Counted from the stretch's first letter, positions 26,279-36,769 are shown. The stretch: 64,000 bases of DNA from a virus (IMGVR_UViG_3300032516_000011:1-64000); one strand, 5' to 3'. Numbers and translations: made by a program. The notes: generated from the letters alone by a model not told the origin.

Positions 26279-27341
26279 TACTTAGAGCCCTTTCAATTTT
26301 TTTCTTTAGTAGTTTAATTTTTCGCATGGAGATTTTTTGTGGTGTTCCACTACGATCGGCTTCTCGTATACGAAGTAAATCAAAAATATATTCTTTGCCT
26401 ACTTTACGTATGAGACGTCTAACCGATTTGTCGGTCATTCTAGGATCCGCATCAAACATGTGGTGTAAGATTAGATGGGATACCTTGTGAACTGTTTCCT
26501 TTGAAAAGTTCCAATATTTAAGATATGTTTTGGCGATCTTCGCTCCGTATATCTCGTGCTTAAAAAAGTGTATATCTCCGTTTGCATTACATTGTAGCGT
26601 TTGAGGCTTAGCAATGTCATGAAAAAGTATAGTCAATCGAAGATCCATTTCCGTAGGGCACGCATCTAACGCATACATAATATGGTCAAACACATTATTT
26701 ACACCAGAACGTTTGCTCTGTATAACCGTTTTACACGCAGCTAATTCTGGAAGAATATACTCGAGAAGTCTTGTTTCTTGAAGATGTTTAAATACTGGAC
26801 TGGGAGATGGAAGTGATAGGATTTGTTCTATTTCATGCCGTATAAGATCTGGCCCCATATGCTTTATAATTTGGGCTGTATCATATATATTGAACCAGGT
26901 TTCAACATTCAAATTAAAACCTAATTCACCGGCCAATCGGCACGCTTCAATCATTTTTATAGGGTTCCCTAAAAAGAGTTTATTAGGGGCTGTAATTATT
27001 TTATTTTTAATATCTACAACCCCATGAAATGGATCATAATAGGTATCAGTTAAAGGATTCAAATATATATTGTTAATCGTGAAATCGATAGGTTCGTTGA
27101 GTTCCTGGATATTAGTTATTAATCGTATTAGCAGGCTCTCAGTTTCTATCTCTGTGGAACTAGAATGTTTAATAGGTATTTCAAGTTTCTCAATTATATG
27201 AACCAGTTGTTGTTCTGATAATCTATTAATGACTATATGTTCTTTTTGATAAGGAATCCCCAAGAAGTGATTACGCAACGAAGGGCCTGTTCGAAATGTA
27301 ACGCCTCCTGCTGCAGCAACCTCTAAATATAATTGTTTCAT
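26088..27341 (-). CDS. CCA-adding/poly(A) polymerase-like protein with HD domain and degenerate NTase site
   Basis: DFTIN, YYDPFHG..DI, ILPEL..C....Q, FHDIAKP, HE..GA, HHM, EADR. Confidence 0.8.
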   Translation of the reverse strand: MKQLYLEVAAAGGVTFRTGPSLRNHFLGIPYQKEHIVINRLSEQQLVHIIEKLEIPIKHSSSTEIETESLLIRLITNIQELNEPIDFTINNIYLNPLTDTYYDPFHGVVDIKNKIITAPNKLFLGNPIKMIEACRLAGELGFNLNVETWFNIYDTAQIIKHMGPDLIRHEIEQILSLPSPSPVFKHLQETRLLEYILPELAACKTVIQSKRSGVNNVFDHIMYALDACPTEMDLRLTILFHDIAKPQTLQCNANGDIHFFKHEIYGAKIAKTYLKYWNFSKETVHKVSHLILHHMFDADPRMTDKSVRRLIRKVGKEYIFDLLRIREADRSGTPQKISMRKIKLLKKKIERALSNGIPDITFVRSTDSSSVSSPSSSEQNPTTRRPEYKNSGAEKILGSANGTNSRTNGTVPSELSI

Positions 27342-27811
27342 TGAGTTAGGACTATACCTTTTTGATAAAATTCGGGGGTTTGTTCGAAGGGAATAAACGT
27401 ATATTCAGGAAATAAATCTCCATGTAAATTTTCACGATACTCCTCAACATACATTTCATAATCTATTTCTGCATTGTGTTTATAACGCCCGCGTACTTCG
27501 GCAATTAAATGTGATATACCTTGATCCAGTTTTCCTATATTAGTTTCCAGCTGTACATTGAATACTAATAGGCTACCTCCACCCCATGCTTTATTTGCAT
27601 GTGCAGTGAAATAACTTATAAGATTTATATCTAATTCGCCGGCCGAAACTAATGTAACCTCTAAATTTGTTACTACCGCCTCTACATAGGGGCTTACATG
27701 AGTAAGTGTTTTATTGGTCGCAATTAATAGCATTCTGTGGAAGTTTGTATCAAAGGGTTTCTTTAGCCGTGCGTACACACTAGGCTCGGGCCTAAAAGAA
27801 AGGATATTCAT
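27338..27811 (-). CDS. Hypothetical protein
   Basis: 157-aa ORF with ATGA coupling. Confidence 0.6.
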   Translation of the reverse strand: MNILSFRPEPSVYARLKKPFDTNFHRMLLIATNKTLTHVSPYVEAVVTNLEVTLVSAGELDINLISYFTAHANKAWGGGSLLVFNVQLETNIGKLDQGISHLIAEVRGRYKHNAEIDYEMYVEEYRENLHGDLFPEYTFIPFEQTPEFYQKGIVLTQ

Positions 27812-28053
27812 ATAGCATCGTCGGGCAATTTAGCTTTATGTGTAAGGGCTGGTTTTTGTACCAGGGCCCTGCTCTTTATCCAGGTATGTGCGTCACAGAC
27901 TAGCATTATATGTGAGCTCAAGGGCTTGGCTTTTGGATCTGTTATAGTAGGTAATTTACAAAGCCCATTAGCACTGGTTGGAACACTCCGTTTAAAAAAA
28001 TAGCAATTCCTACAACAACGGACTAATGTGAAATTTGTTCTTGGGTCATTCAT
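27808..28053 (-). CDS. Small Cys-rich hypothetical protein
   Basis: CRNC...C...C..H putative metal-binding pattern. Confidence 0.6.
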   Translation of the reverse strand: MNDPRTNFTLVRCCRNCYFFKRSVPTSANGLCKLPTITDPKAKPLSSHIMLVCDAHTWIKSRALVQKPALTHKAKLPDDAI

Positions 28054-28513
28054 AATCGGTTATTAACTTTCCTTGTAAGTGATCAAACTCATGTAACCAG
28101 ATTCTGGCAAGTACATATTGAACATGTTGGGCCTCCATTTTGTTTGCTTCTTTATCCATGAAATTAATTACGATATGTTTAGGCCGTCTAATCTCACAAA
28201 ACTTGCCCGGAACAGACATACAACCTTCACGTATAATGACTTGTTTATTAAAACTCTTTATAAGTGTAGGATTTATAAAGGGCATAATACCGACTTCCAT
28301 TCTAATAACAAATATTGCTGGGGGAGGTTCGATACGATCAGTCCATATCTGATTTGAACTTAGGCCAACACAATGCTCATTAGATACACAGGTTTCTGCT
28401 AAATCGTTTACAAGACTTATTATGTCGTCTGTAATACTTAAAACGGGCACACATTTAGTTCGCAGCATCTTTAAATCATCTGGGTTTGTAACTACATTTA
28501 TTTTTTTTACCAT
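28046..28513 (-). CDS. def: Peptide deformylase
   Basis: GLSSNQ, EGCMS, HEFDHLQG motifs. Confidence 0.9.
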   Translation of the reverse strand: MVKKINVVTNPDDLKMLRTKCVPVLSITDDIISLVNDLAETCVSNEHCVGLSSNQIWTDRIEPPPAIFVIRMEVGIMPFINPTLIKSFNKQVIIREGCMSVPGKFCEIRRPKHIVINFMDKEANKMEAQHVQYVLARIWLHEFDHLQGKLITDYE

Positions 28514-29838
28514 TATAAGTTCCTTATAATTTTGTGTCTAAAATACCACTGGTGTTTTAACAACTCAACGCGTTTATCGACGAAGTCAACTATGATCGGT
28601 TTCTTAGCGATTGTTCCGGATACGCGCATAAGTCGTCCAGCACTTTGTCTAACTTTTACTACACTTTTTATTGGTGCACATATAAATAAAACCTCAAGAT
28701 TTGGTAAGTCTATACCAGTAGAGAACAGGGAGAAGGTAGATACCACCACTCTATGAGTTCCGTTTAACAGGCCCTTCATAACAGCTATACGATCCTTCTT
28801 CTTCATCGTACCAGTTAACATAACAGCGCCCGATATATTATTTTTTAGATACTCTACTTGCTCTTTCCTTTGACATAGAAGTACACACTGCTGTGTAGGG
28901 TAATTTTTCAACTCAGTAAGTATTAATGTGTTTCGTTCTACATCCTTTGACAAATCAGTTATCATCTCTCCATATTCAGAAGAGCTGAATAACGGAAAAA
29001 AATAATTCGTATCGATTACCTTGTTGGTTGGTTTTATAATAACTTTTCCAAGCGCAGAAACTGGTACTGAATGTCGTAAAGGGCCAGTAACCCAAAAAAT
29101 AACTTTATCTAATCCATCCGATCTTTGAGGTGTGGCAGAAGCCCCGTATTTATACATAGCATTAATTGATGAAAGTGCTTTGTAATAAGTTTCTGCTGGC
29201 GATATGTGTACCTCATCACAAACAACTCCGGACCATTTATTGGCTAAATTCTTTGGGTCCATTGAGGTGATTGTTTGTAAAAGGGCAACCGTGATGTCTT
29301 TATATGTACGTACACCTTCTCCAATAAATCCAATATCGCTGCCTTGAAGATTTGTAAATTTTACTAGTGCCGCTCTAAACTGATGTGCTAATTCAATTGT
29401 GTTTACAAGAATTAGAAAAGGTTCTTGAAGATCGCAGATAAGTTTTATTAGCACCACTGTTTTACCCGATCCAGTCAGTGCCATTAATACACCGCTCTTA
29501 TGTTTCTTCATTTCATTAACTGCGGTGTCTTGGTAGTCGTGCAGTGTCCCTGTGAAACAGGCTTTTATTTTTTTATTTTTTAAGAATCGTTTGTCTATAA
29601 CGTTTGCTTGTGGGTAGGCTTGAATAAGAGAGTCTAAGATACCCGCTGGAACCATAAGTTTATCTGGGACTTCAGTATAATACTTTAACTTTTGTGGTAC
29701 GCCCCACAAAGATTTATTCATTCGTGAGGCGATATCCCATTTAGGATTGATTAGGGTTAGCCCATTTTTTATACTTAGGGCCTCTCCATCCGTATACTCC
29801 TCAACTATAATTTCATTTGCTACTGTTAATTTCATCAA
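28513..29838 (-). CDS. SF2 DNA/RNA helicase
   Basis: YQ, TGSGKT, DEVH, SATP, TGID, QSAGR. Confidence 0.9.
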   Translation of the reverse strand: MMKLTVANEIIVEEYTDGEALSIKNGLTLINPKWDIASRMNKSLWGVPQKLKYYTEVPDKLMVPAGILDSLIQAYPQANVIDKRFLKNKKIKACFTGTLHDYQDTAVNEMKKHKSGVLMALTGSGKTVVLIKLICDLQEPFLILVNTIELAHQFRAALVKFTNLQGSDIGFIGEGVRTYKDITVALLQTITSMDPKNLANKWSGVVCDEVHISPAETYYKALSSINAMYKYGASATPQRSDGLDKVIFWVTGPLRHSVPVSALGKVIIKPTNKVIDTNYFFPLFSSSEYGEMITDLSKDVERNTLILTELKNYPTQQCVLLCQRKEQVEYLKNNISGAVMLTGTMKKKDRIAVMKGLLNGTHRVVVSTFSLFSTGIDLPNLEVLFICAPIKSVVKVRQSAGRLMRVSGTIAKKPIIVDFVDKRVELLKHQWYFRHKIIRNL

Positions 29839-30236
29839 TGACCTAAATAAAAAACTGTAACTTCTCTGGATATTTTATTGACCTCTGCACCCGCTAACTT
29901 CAAAAGAAGACGAACTTCATCAAATAACAGCGAGATTTTTTTATCCCGAACCTTATAACTTCCGGCTAATTGCAAATATACAAGCATCGAATCAGTAGCG
30001 ATATGGCTGATTGAAATGCCTTGCTTAAGGCAAAATTTAAGACATGCTATGCATATCATATACTCAGCCTCGTTATTAGTTCTATTGCCAAATTGTATTG
30101 TTTCACGAGCTATCGTGGTGGTATCCTGCATCTCGAAAGGTGAGGGCCCTTCCACAATGAGGAACGTACCATAGGCCTGTCTTTTGTTCGGATCTTGATT
30201 ATTTCGAGATCCTCCATCAACTAAAGCATATATCAT
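29835..30236 (-). CDS. rnhA: Ribonuclease HI
   Basis: DGGSRNN, TNNEAEY, TDS..V..Q..G.YKV. Confidence 0.8.
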   Translation of the reverse strand: MIYALVDGGSRNNQDPNKRQAYGTFLIVEGPSPFEMQDTTTIARETIQFGNRTNNEAEYMICIACLKFCLKQGISISHIATDSMLVYLQLAGSYKVRDKKISLLFDEVRLLLKLAGAEVNKISREVTVFYLGH

Positions 30237-30241
30237 GAATT

Positions 30242-30286
30242 CTTATACCATAAACCCTTGATATTATACTAAAAATTTCCTATAAT
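30242..30286. promoter_or_regulatory. Divergent promoter region between replication and tail blocks
   Basis: + strand TTGATA(30258)-N17-TATAAT(30281); - strand TGG-TATAAG extended -10 just before the rnhA ATG. Confidence 0.7.
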
Positions 30287-30308
30287 ACATTAAACCAAAA
30301 CATAAACT

Positions 30309-30737
30309 ATGACACTTACAAATGAACAAATGACCCTATTGGACCAAATTCTGGTACAGGGATACGCCGTTAAGATCATTCCGATCTTGGGCGGAAAAGC
30401 AGAAGTTACTTTCAATTCAATGACCGCGGGCGATCAACTAAATGTCGAATCCTATATGAAAAATATAGACGGAGCTCCTGCGTTTGTCGTACACACGTAT
30501 TCGATTAAACTATTAGCGCAAGTATTAAAAGCATATCATTATATAGGTAAAGATGTAACATTGTTTAAAGATGCTAATGAAGCCGAAACTTTTATTAAAG
30601 GACGCCCATCAACTATTGTGGACGCCATGATATCGGCACAAGGAGCATTTGAAAAAGAATTAGGGCTGTTAGCACGTATGGAGAATTTAGAAGAAAATTT
30701 TACTCCGACCCCATCGCCCGTAGCCGAGCCAACTTAA
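30309..30737 (+). CDS. Tail assembly chaperone (G-like)
   Basis: Precedes the tape measure gene; slippery A-AAT-TTT at 30695-30701. Confidence 0.8.
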   Translation: MTLTNEQMTLLDQILVQGYAVKIIPILGGKAEVTFNSMTAGDQLNVESYMKNIDGAPAFVVHTYSIKLLAQVLKAYHYIGKDVTLFKDANEAETFIKGRPSTIVDAMISAQGAFEKELGLLARMENLEENFTPTPSPVAEPT

Positions 30738-31051
30738 TACTTGATGGGGTTGATCTATCTGTTAAAACACCGCTACAAACGCGGCTCTTGCTATATGCAA
30801 AAATTAGAAATGAGAACATTGAATACTTACGCTATATTGTTCTTTTAAAAGCATTGTTATTAGATCGTACAAAAGCCAACAGCGTCACCGAGTTCAATGA
30901 AACGGTAGACCAATTAATGTCTTTGGAACAACTTAAACCAAAGAAGAAAAGACGTACGGCTGAAGAGGCGCAAGATCTAATTAAAGACTTTGAAAAACAG
31001 TTTCCAAAAATAAAAGAACAAAAGCTAAAGAACTTCAAGAGAGCTGACTAA
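30701..31051 (+). CDS. Tail assembly chaperone -1 frameshift extension (T-like part of a GT fusion)
   Basis: The -1 frame from the slippery site is open (YSDPIARSRANL...LLYAKIRNEN...) through the 30788-31051 ORF. Confidence 0.8.
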   Translation, partial: YSDPIARSRANLILDGVDLSVKTPLQTRLLLYAKIRNENIEYLRYIVLLKALLLDRTKANSVTEFNETVDQLMSLEQLKPKKKRRTAEEAQDLIKDFEKQFPKIKEQKLKNFKRAD

Positions 31052-34000
31052 TGCCTGATGAAACTATAAATTATAAAGTTAATGTAGACACAAGTTCCTT
31101 AGCTGATCAACTACAGCAAATAAAAAATCAGGTTGATCAGGCTATGGCGACATATACTTTTAGTGCTACACGTCCCGACCCAGTCCCACTTGCATATGCT
31201 TTCCCTTCTGAACAACTTACTTCGCAGATAGCCGCTACTAGTTCAAATGCGGCTTCGGCGGCATTAGATACTGGCAGAGATTTGGGCCATGCTGTCGAAG
31301 CGCTAGACGCACATACCACAACGTTTGTGGATAGTGCACGGCTAGGATTTCAAAAATTTACTCATGACGTGCAAAATACAATGTTGATGACTCCGGTAGG
31401 GGCTAAACCACAATTTGCACAACAAATACCCGGCATGGCACCACCACAATTTCAAACTATGTCTGGAGCCCGTCTTGGATTTGAAGCGGTAACAGGATTT
31501 GGGTACGATACAAATTCTTCAATGACTCCTGGACGATATCAAAGAATGGCGAGAGAAGCATTCTCTGATCGCTCAATGGAAATGCTTTTAGGCGGGTTAG
31601 ATTTTGCAGCGGGGGCAACAACTATCGGAGGATTCGCTGCGAGTATGTTGGGTATGACTGGAACCGCCGCAACGTTAGGAACTGCGGCAGCTTTACTTGC
31701 ACCTCCGGCGCTTCTTGCGGGGGCTGGTATGGCGACTTTTGGTTATGATGTTAATGCAGCTCTTCGAGGACGAGCGTTTATGCGCGATGCGTCCCCAAGA
31801 TTTTTAAGTGGTCCATTAACAGCACCCGAGTATTCGGCGCTTGGTACACAAATTGCTACAGCTGCCAGAGACCCTGAATTGATAGGTAAGGGTATTTCAC
31901 AGGGCGAGGCAATGGCAGATATTCAAATGCTTACTCAAATGGGTGGCTACGATATGGTACGCAGCGCAGAAGACTTACGTAAAAGAATAAAAACAGATTT
32001 AAAAGATTTGACAGATGTGCAAAAAATTCTTGGAGTAACGAAAGAAGAGGCCGGACAAATTCTTATAGATACTAATCGTATGGGATTACGTCCTACTGAA
32101 AATTTTGCGGCGGGCATTCAAGCACAAGCGTATCAAGCTGGATATACGGGAGCCGAATTTAATCGGTTTGGTTTACAAGCTGCAGAGATGGCACGCGGCA
32201 CAGGCATTATGATGGGCAGCGCATATCTGGGCGGACAGGATGCATTAGCTGATGTTCGCAATATGATGCGTACCGGGGCTATTCCACTTGAATTAATTAA
32301 TCAGCTTGGTGGACAAGAAAATGCAGCGGCTACTATAAATCGTATGGGATCGAATTTTGGACTAAGTCCAACTGGGCTTACATACTTTGCTGCACGAGAC
32401 TTACTTGGACCCAAGGCCGCTTCTATGGATCCGTTACAAACTATCACCGCGGCTACACAAAGAATTCAAAGCATTCCAGACTTTCTTAGTTTCCGTGGAG
32501 CACAGGCTCGAATGACTGGGCAAGTTGGGCCCGAAGCCTTATTCAATGCCGAGACTGCAATGTTCTTAAATGAATTTAAAATGCTACAACAGGCTACTCC
32601 CAACCTTAAACTTACTGAAGACACGTGGGCAGGTTTTATGCAGCAAAAAGGTGAGGCAGATCCAATCGCTAGGCTTCGTTTCTCCATGATTGGCGCAGCA
32701 GCGGGTGGAGCTGGAGCTAAACGAGCTGGCGGTGAAGATGCAGAACGTGCACGTTTATTAGACGAGAATCGTCCAGGACAGATTCAGCTATTAACCGATA
32801 TAGCAAAAAATACATTGGCAAAAGCATTTCAAACAGAAGCCGTCGCAGAAGGTGCGACCGAAGTAGCAAACTGGTTTGATCGAACAATACGAACAGTTGA
32901 AAGGGCTGGGCAACGGGGTGATATACTCGGCGGCCTGCTAGATTCTGTTACTGGACAATCATCGGGACTAGGTGCATTTGCAAGAGCTATTGGATATGAT
33001 TCTATAAACACACCAAAAGTTGCATATAATGAAAGGGCGGTTTTAGATGGGCTTCGTTCATTAGCCCCAGAAACACAAAAACGATTTTTTGGAAATACAT
33101 TTGATCACATAACGGCTGCTTCCGGAATAATCGCACGTGATGTTCTTGATATAAAAACTACAGATATATGGGGAGTACAGGCCAAATTAGCTACAGTACC
33201 AGCTACGTCCACTGCAGGTGCGGGTGTATTACCTTATACAGACGGTAGCCCAGAAGAAAAATTTAAAGCAGCAATGAATGAATGGAAGGATTATGCTGAG
33301 ACAGTAAAAATTGGAACCGCAAAAGGTGAGAATAGAATGGATGTCGAAGAAAAGAAAACTTTCGATAGAGCACGAGCTGTAATGGTGGCGACTGGCGATG
33401 ATCCTGCCAAATTTGTAGCTGCAGTTCTGAATCCAGTTGGAGCAGCGGGACAAGAAACACGAAAATATTTGACCCCATTACGCGAGCTTACTCCAAAGGA
33501 ATCTGTTGTTCAGGTAGCTGAGAAAGTTATAGCAGAATTTAATACTGCATTTGACAAAGCATTTCCATTAACAAAAGTTGCTCAAGAGAATCCTTGGTTA
33601 TCCGCCAAAGTTAGTTCAACCAAAGAAGTTGATCTGTTAGAAGCAAGAAACCTGTTTAAAAAAATAGGGGCAGATGCAACTGAGGGGCAGTCGATGGCAC
33701 AAGCAGTTCTCACTAAACGCGAAGCCCTTGGACCCACAGAGTTTAAAACACAGTTATTTAATGCCTCTGTTGGTATGGGCACAGTTTCCGAACGCGAAGA
33801 TAGGGTTCAGCGTATAGTTGCCGATGTGGACAAATTTAGAGAAAGTAAAGAAGTAAAGCAACTTATGGCGACCGACGTATTGGCTAGATTATCGACAGAG
33901 GGGGCTAAGGACTATATTGTTGAAATGAGTAAAGCTATGGGTAAACCAATTTCAAAAGAAGAACTTTCCAATGCCGCCGGATTACAAAATGCGTTGTTAA

Positions 34001-34320
34001 AAGCGCCCGGCCAACTTCAAAAATTAGCAATTAATTATGCTGACGCCAGTACTTACATATCGACGAACAACACCACTAAAGATATAATGGATCAAAATCA
34101 AAAAACTTTACGAACAAATCTAGCCCAATCGGAAGTAGCTTTGTGGGAGACAGTTAAGGGAATAAATGCTGATCTTAGTACCGTAACAACTCAACAAATA
34201 CAGGAAGCTAAAGATAAACTTATGGTTTCTAGTTTAGTAGCTATATCTAATACTATAAGAACTGGAACCCAAGGTACAGCAATGAACGTAAAAGTTATAA
34301 ATAAAGACGATAAAGAATGA
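31051..34320 (+). CDS. Tape measure protein
   Basis: 1089 aa, Ala/Gly-rich, helical, with a hydrophobic stretch; follows the chaperone pair. Confidence 0.8.
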   Translation: MPDETINYKVNVDTSSLADQLQQIKNQVDQAMATYTFSATRPDPVPLAYAFPSEQLTSQIAATSSNAASAALDTGRDLGHAVEALDAHTTTFVDSARLGFQKFTHDVQNTMLMTPVGAKPQFAQQIPGMAPPQFQTMSGARLGFEAVTGFGYDTNSSMTPGRYQRMAREAFSDRSMEMLLGGLDFAAGATTIGGFAASMLGMTGTAATLGTAAALLAPPALLAGAGMATFGYDVNAALRGRAFMRDASPRFLSGPLTAPEYSALGTQIATAARDPELIGKGISQGEAMADIQMLTQMGGYDMVRSAEDLRKRIKTDLKDLTDVQKILGVTKEEAGQILIDTNRMGLRPTENFAAGIQAQAYQAGYTGAEFNRFGLQAAEMARGTGIMMGSAYLGGQDALADVRNMMRTGAIPLELINQLGGQENAAATINRMGSNFGLSPTGLTYFAARDLLGPKAASMDPLQTITAATQRIQSIPDFLSFRGAQARMTGQVGPEALFNAETAMFLNEFKMLQQATPNLKLTEDTWAGFMQQKGEADPIARLRFSMIGAAAGGAGAKRAGGEDAERARLLDENRPGQIQLLTDIAKNTLAKAFQTEAVAEGATEVANWFDRTIRTVERAGQRGDILGGLLDSVTGQSSGLGAFARAIGYDSINTPKVAYNERAVLDGLRSLAPETQKRFFGNTFDHITAASGIIARDVLDIKTTDIWGVQAKLATVPATSTAGAGVLPYTDGSPEEKFKAAMNEWKDYAETVKIGTAKGENRMDVEEKKTFDRARAVMVATGDDPAKFVAAVLNPVGAAGQETRKYLTPLRELTPKESVVQVAEKVIAEFNTAFDKAFPLTKVAQENPWLSAKVSSTKEVDLLEARNLFKKIGADATEGQSMAQAVLTKREALGPTEFKTQLFNASVGMGTVSEREDRVQRIVADVDKFRESKEVKQLMATDVLARLSTEGAKDYIVEMSKAMGKPISKEELSNAAGLQNALLKAPGQLQKLAINYADASTYISTNNTTKDIMDQNQKTLRTNLAQSEVALWETVKGINADLSTVTTQQIQEAKDKLMVSSLVAISNTIRTGTQGTAMNVKVINKDDKE

Positions 34321-36767
34321 TAACAAAGCGAATACATTGTACCGTATACTTGGAAGGTGTGAACGTAAATTTTAATTCGGTTCAGATTCAAGAGGGAATT
34401 GGAAATCCGCCAACAGCAACAGTTTCTTTTCCTGCTGATAGTGGGGCCCTAACTATATTGCCGAAAACCGTTATACATGTTTTCTATCGTGATGATGCTG
34501 GACAAGATGTTTTAATATTTATGGGCGAGCTTAGCGGTTCTGGAATTACATTCACACCAGATAAACGTGCGATCCAACTAACCTTTTCAGGATTTTCACA
34601 GAATTGGAACACTAACATTGTTATACCTATGGATCTTCAGGTACGTACCATGTTATCGAATGCATTATATGCTCAGATTACTCCCACACAAAGAGCTACA
34701 TCTAATCCTATAGGAGTAGCTAAAAGTAATGTCTACGTTGGTACCCTAAAGAAAAAACCATTCGATGAAATTAAATCTTATATATCGTTTGCCGAATCAT
34801 CGGGTAATCCATATAAAACACATCTAAATACAGATGGGACACTTGACACAGGATTATATCAGATTAATGACATACACTTGATCCCTGTTAATGAGCCTAA
34901 AGAAGCATTACGCGTAGAAATTGATACCATATTATTTGATGCAGGGGTTGCAGAAAATGCTCCTATAGAAGTAAAGCAAAGCGCACTTTTAAATCCCACT
35001 ACAAATGAAAAAGTGGCCGCGGCTATATATAAGCATAAGGGTTTACAAGCATGGTCCACAAGGAATACCGTAGCCGCAAGATATTATAAAGACAATCCTG
35101 CTATATTGGAGAATACCACAACAGCACAAGAAGTAGAAGCTTCAATGATGGCACAGTCTTCGGATGCCGACAATAAAATTAATACAACAGTGATAAACTT
35201 TATGAATATTACTGGAGCGAGTTTTATTACCCCTATACTAAACGAATTGATTAAAGGTAAAAGCTTGGTCCAAGTATTTACTTCGTTAGTGGACACCTTC
35301 AGTACGAATTTTAAGGGGGTTTATTGGTCCATGTTGTCTAAGGCTTTTGATTTTAAAAACATGGTAAAAATCGTCGATCACCCAGGAAATACACAGATTG
35401 AGTCGCTTATTAAACATCAAGCCGTTATGCAATATATTAATTCCTTAGCTATGGGTGTTCTTCCTGATAATAGTATAAGTGTTATGCTTAATACTATATT
35501 AAATGCTGCTGGATTTGATTATTGTGAAATTGCGGCGCCAACAGATTTAGGTGGAGTACGTGCACATATCTTAATCAAACCAAAAACACACTTCTTTCCA
35601 CCATTAAAGCACAATCTGGTAGTAGATGATAACATTGCGCAACTCTCTTTTACAAGGGCGTTTGATAATGAGCCTACAAGAATGTTGACGCAAACACTTC
35701 CATTTATGACAACAGATACGTCAGAGTTTGAAAAAAATATAATGGGTGTAATGATTCCGGGTGAGGTGAACGTACCCACAGGTATAAAAGCTACGATAGA
35801 TGGGCCTGAAGATTACGCCAATCTAAAGATGTTTGGATTAAGCCAAGAGGAGCAGTGTCGGGGTGTTGTATTAATTTCTAAAGAAGATCATACAGCAATA
35901 GAAAATGCTTTTCTTACCGCCTCTTTAAATGATAATGGAAAGCCCGAGATTGCTACAATCGAACAATCAAACATTGGCGGGGCGTCCTCGACGAGAGTTA
36001 AGCGTACAGATTCCAAAGCGTTTCACGATACTATAGCCGGTCCTCCTGAGCCTAGTGCCTCTTTCGCTGTTCGAAAATACTGGATTAATATGGCATCCTC
36101 ACAATTTTATGACCGTCGTCATGCTGCTCGTGCGATGCAGGTCAATTCTCCTTTTAGTCCTTATCGCATGGTGGGGTTTCCTGGAGTCATAATAAGCAAA
36201 TATTTTCCTAAAGATACTCCTGCCATGTTAGGAATGCTGGCATCTATTACATCTAATATTTCAGCGGACGGGGATGCTTCACAAGCATTATCTTTCACTC
36301 ATTGTAGATTTGTAGATGGCCAAACGGGAACCACAGCACGACTTGGATTCTTGGATGATGATACAACAAATCTTATATCATGGTATTCCGATTATGCCAA
36401 TAGAAATAGTGTTAATAAGTTCTACGAGCAATTTACAGGAGATTCAAAATCCGCTGTGATTGATGAAGGGGCGGAAAATGAAGATGTGGCGATTTATCGC
36501 GGAGTGAAAAATATTATTTACGATCTAAATAAGAATTTATCTGGTAAAGATATGGGGTCTATTCAAGCATATATACTTAATAAAACAAAAAGAAAATTAG
36601 TATCCAGAGAAACAATTGATGCGTTATATCCAAGTGATCCAAAAAAATTACGTACTTTAGTAAATAGTCCAAAAATTGTATATCAAGATTCCGAAATCTT
36701 TCCGTATGTAAAAGAACGTAGAGAACGCGTATTAGCAGTTTTTGATGTAGTTAAGAAAGGGCAATAA
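34317..36767 (+). CDS. Baseplate hub protein with inserted lysozyme/SLT-like domain
   Basis: N-terminal hub-like beta pattern; AESSGNP...DTGLYQIN...GLQAWST lysozyme-like insert. Confidence 0.72.
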   Translation: MITKRIHCTVYLEGVNVNFNSVQIQEGIGNPPTATVSFPADSGALTILPKTVIHVFYRDDAGQDVLIFMGELSGSGITFTPDKRAIQLTFSGFSQNWNTNIVIPMDLQVRTMLSNALYAQITPTQRATSNPIGVAKSNVYVGTLKKKPFDEIKSYISFAESSGNPYKTHLNTDGTLDTGLYQINDIHLIPVNEPKEALRVEIDTILFDAGVAENAPIEVKQSALLNPTTNEKVAAAIYKHKGLQAWSTRNTVAARYYKDNPAILENTTTAQEVEASMMAQSSDADNKINTTVINFMNITGASFITPILNELIKGKSLVQVFTSLVDTFSTNFKGVYWSMLSKAFDFKNMVKIVDHPGNTQIESLIKHQAVMQYINSLAMGVLPDNSISVMLNTILNAAGFDYCEIAAPTDLGGVRAHILIKPKTHFFPPLKHNLVVDDNIAQLSFTRAFDNEPTRMLTQTLPFMTTDTSEFEKNIMGVMIPGEVNVPTGIKATIDGPEDYANLKMFGLSQEEQCRGVVLISKEDHTAIENAFLTASLNDNGKPEIATIEQSNIGGASSTRVKRTDSKAFHDTIAGPPEPSASFAVRKYWINMASSQFYDRRHAARAMQVNSPFSPYRMVGFPGVIISKYFPKDTPAMLGMLASITSNISADGDASQALSFTHCRFVDGQTGTTARLGFLDDDTTNLISWYSDYANRNSVNKFYEQFTGDSKSAVIDEGAENEDVAIYRGVKNIIYDLNKNLSGKDMGSIQAYILNKTKRKLVSRETIDALYPSDPKKLRTLVNSPKIVYQDSEIFPYVKERRERVLAVFDVVKKGQ

Positions 36768-36769
36768 AA

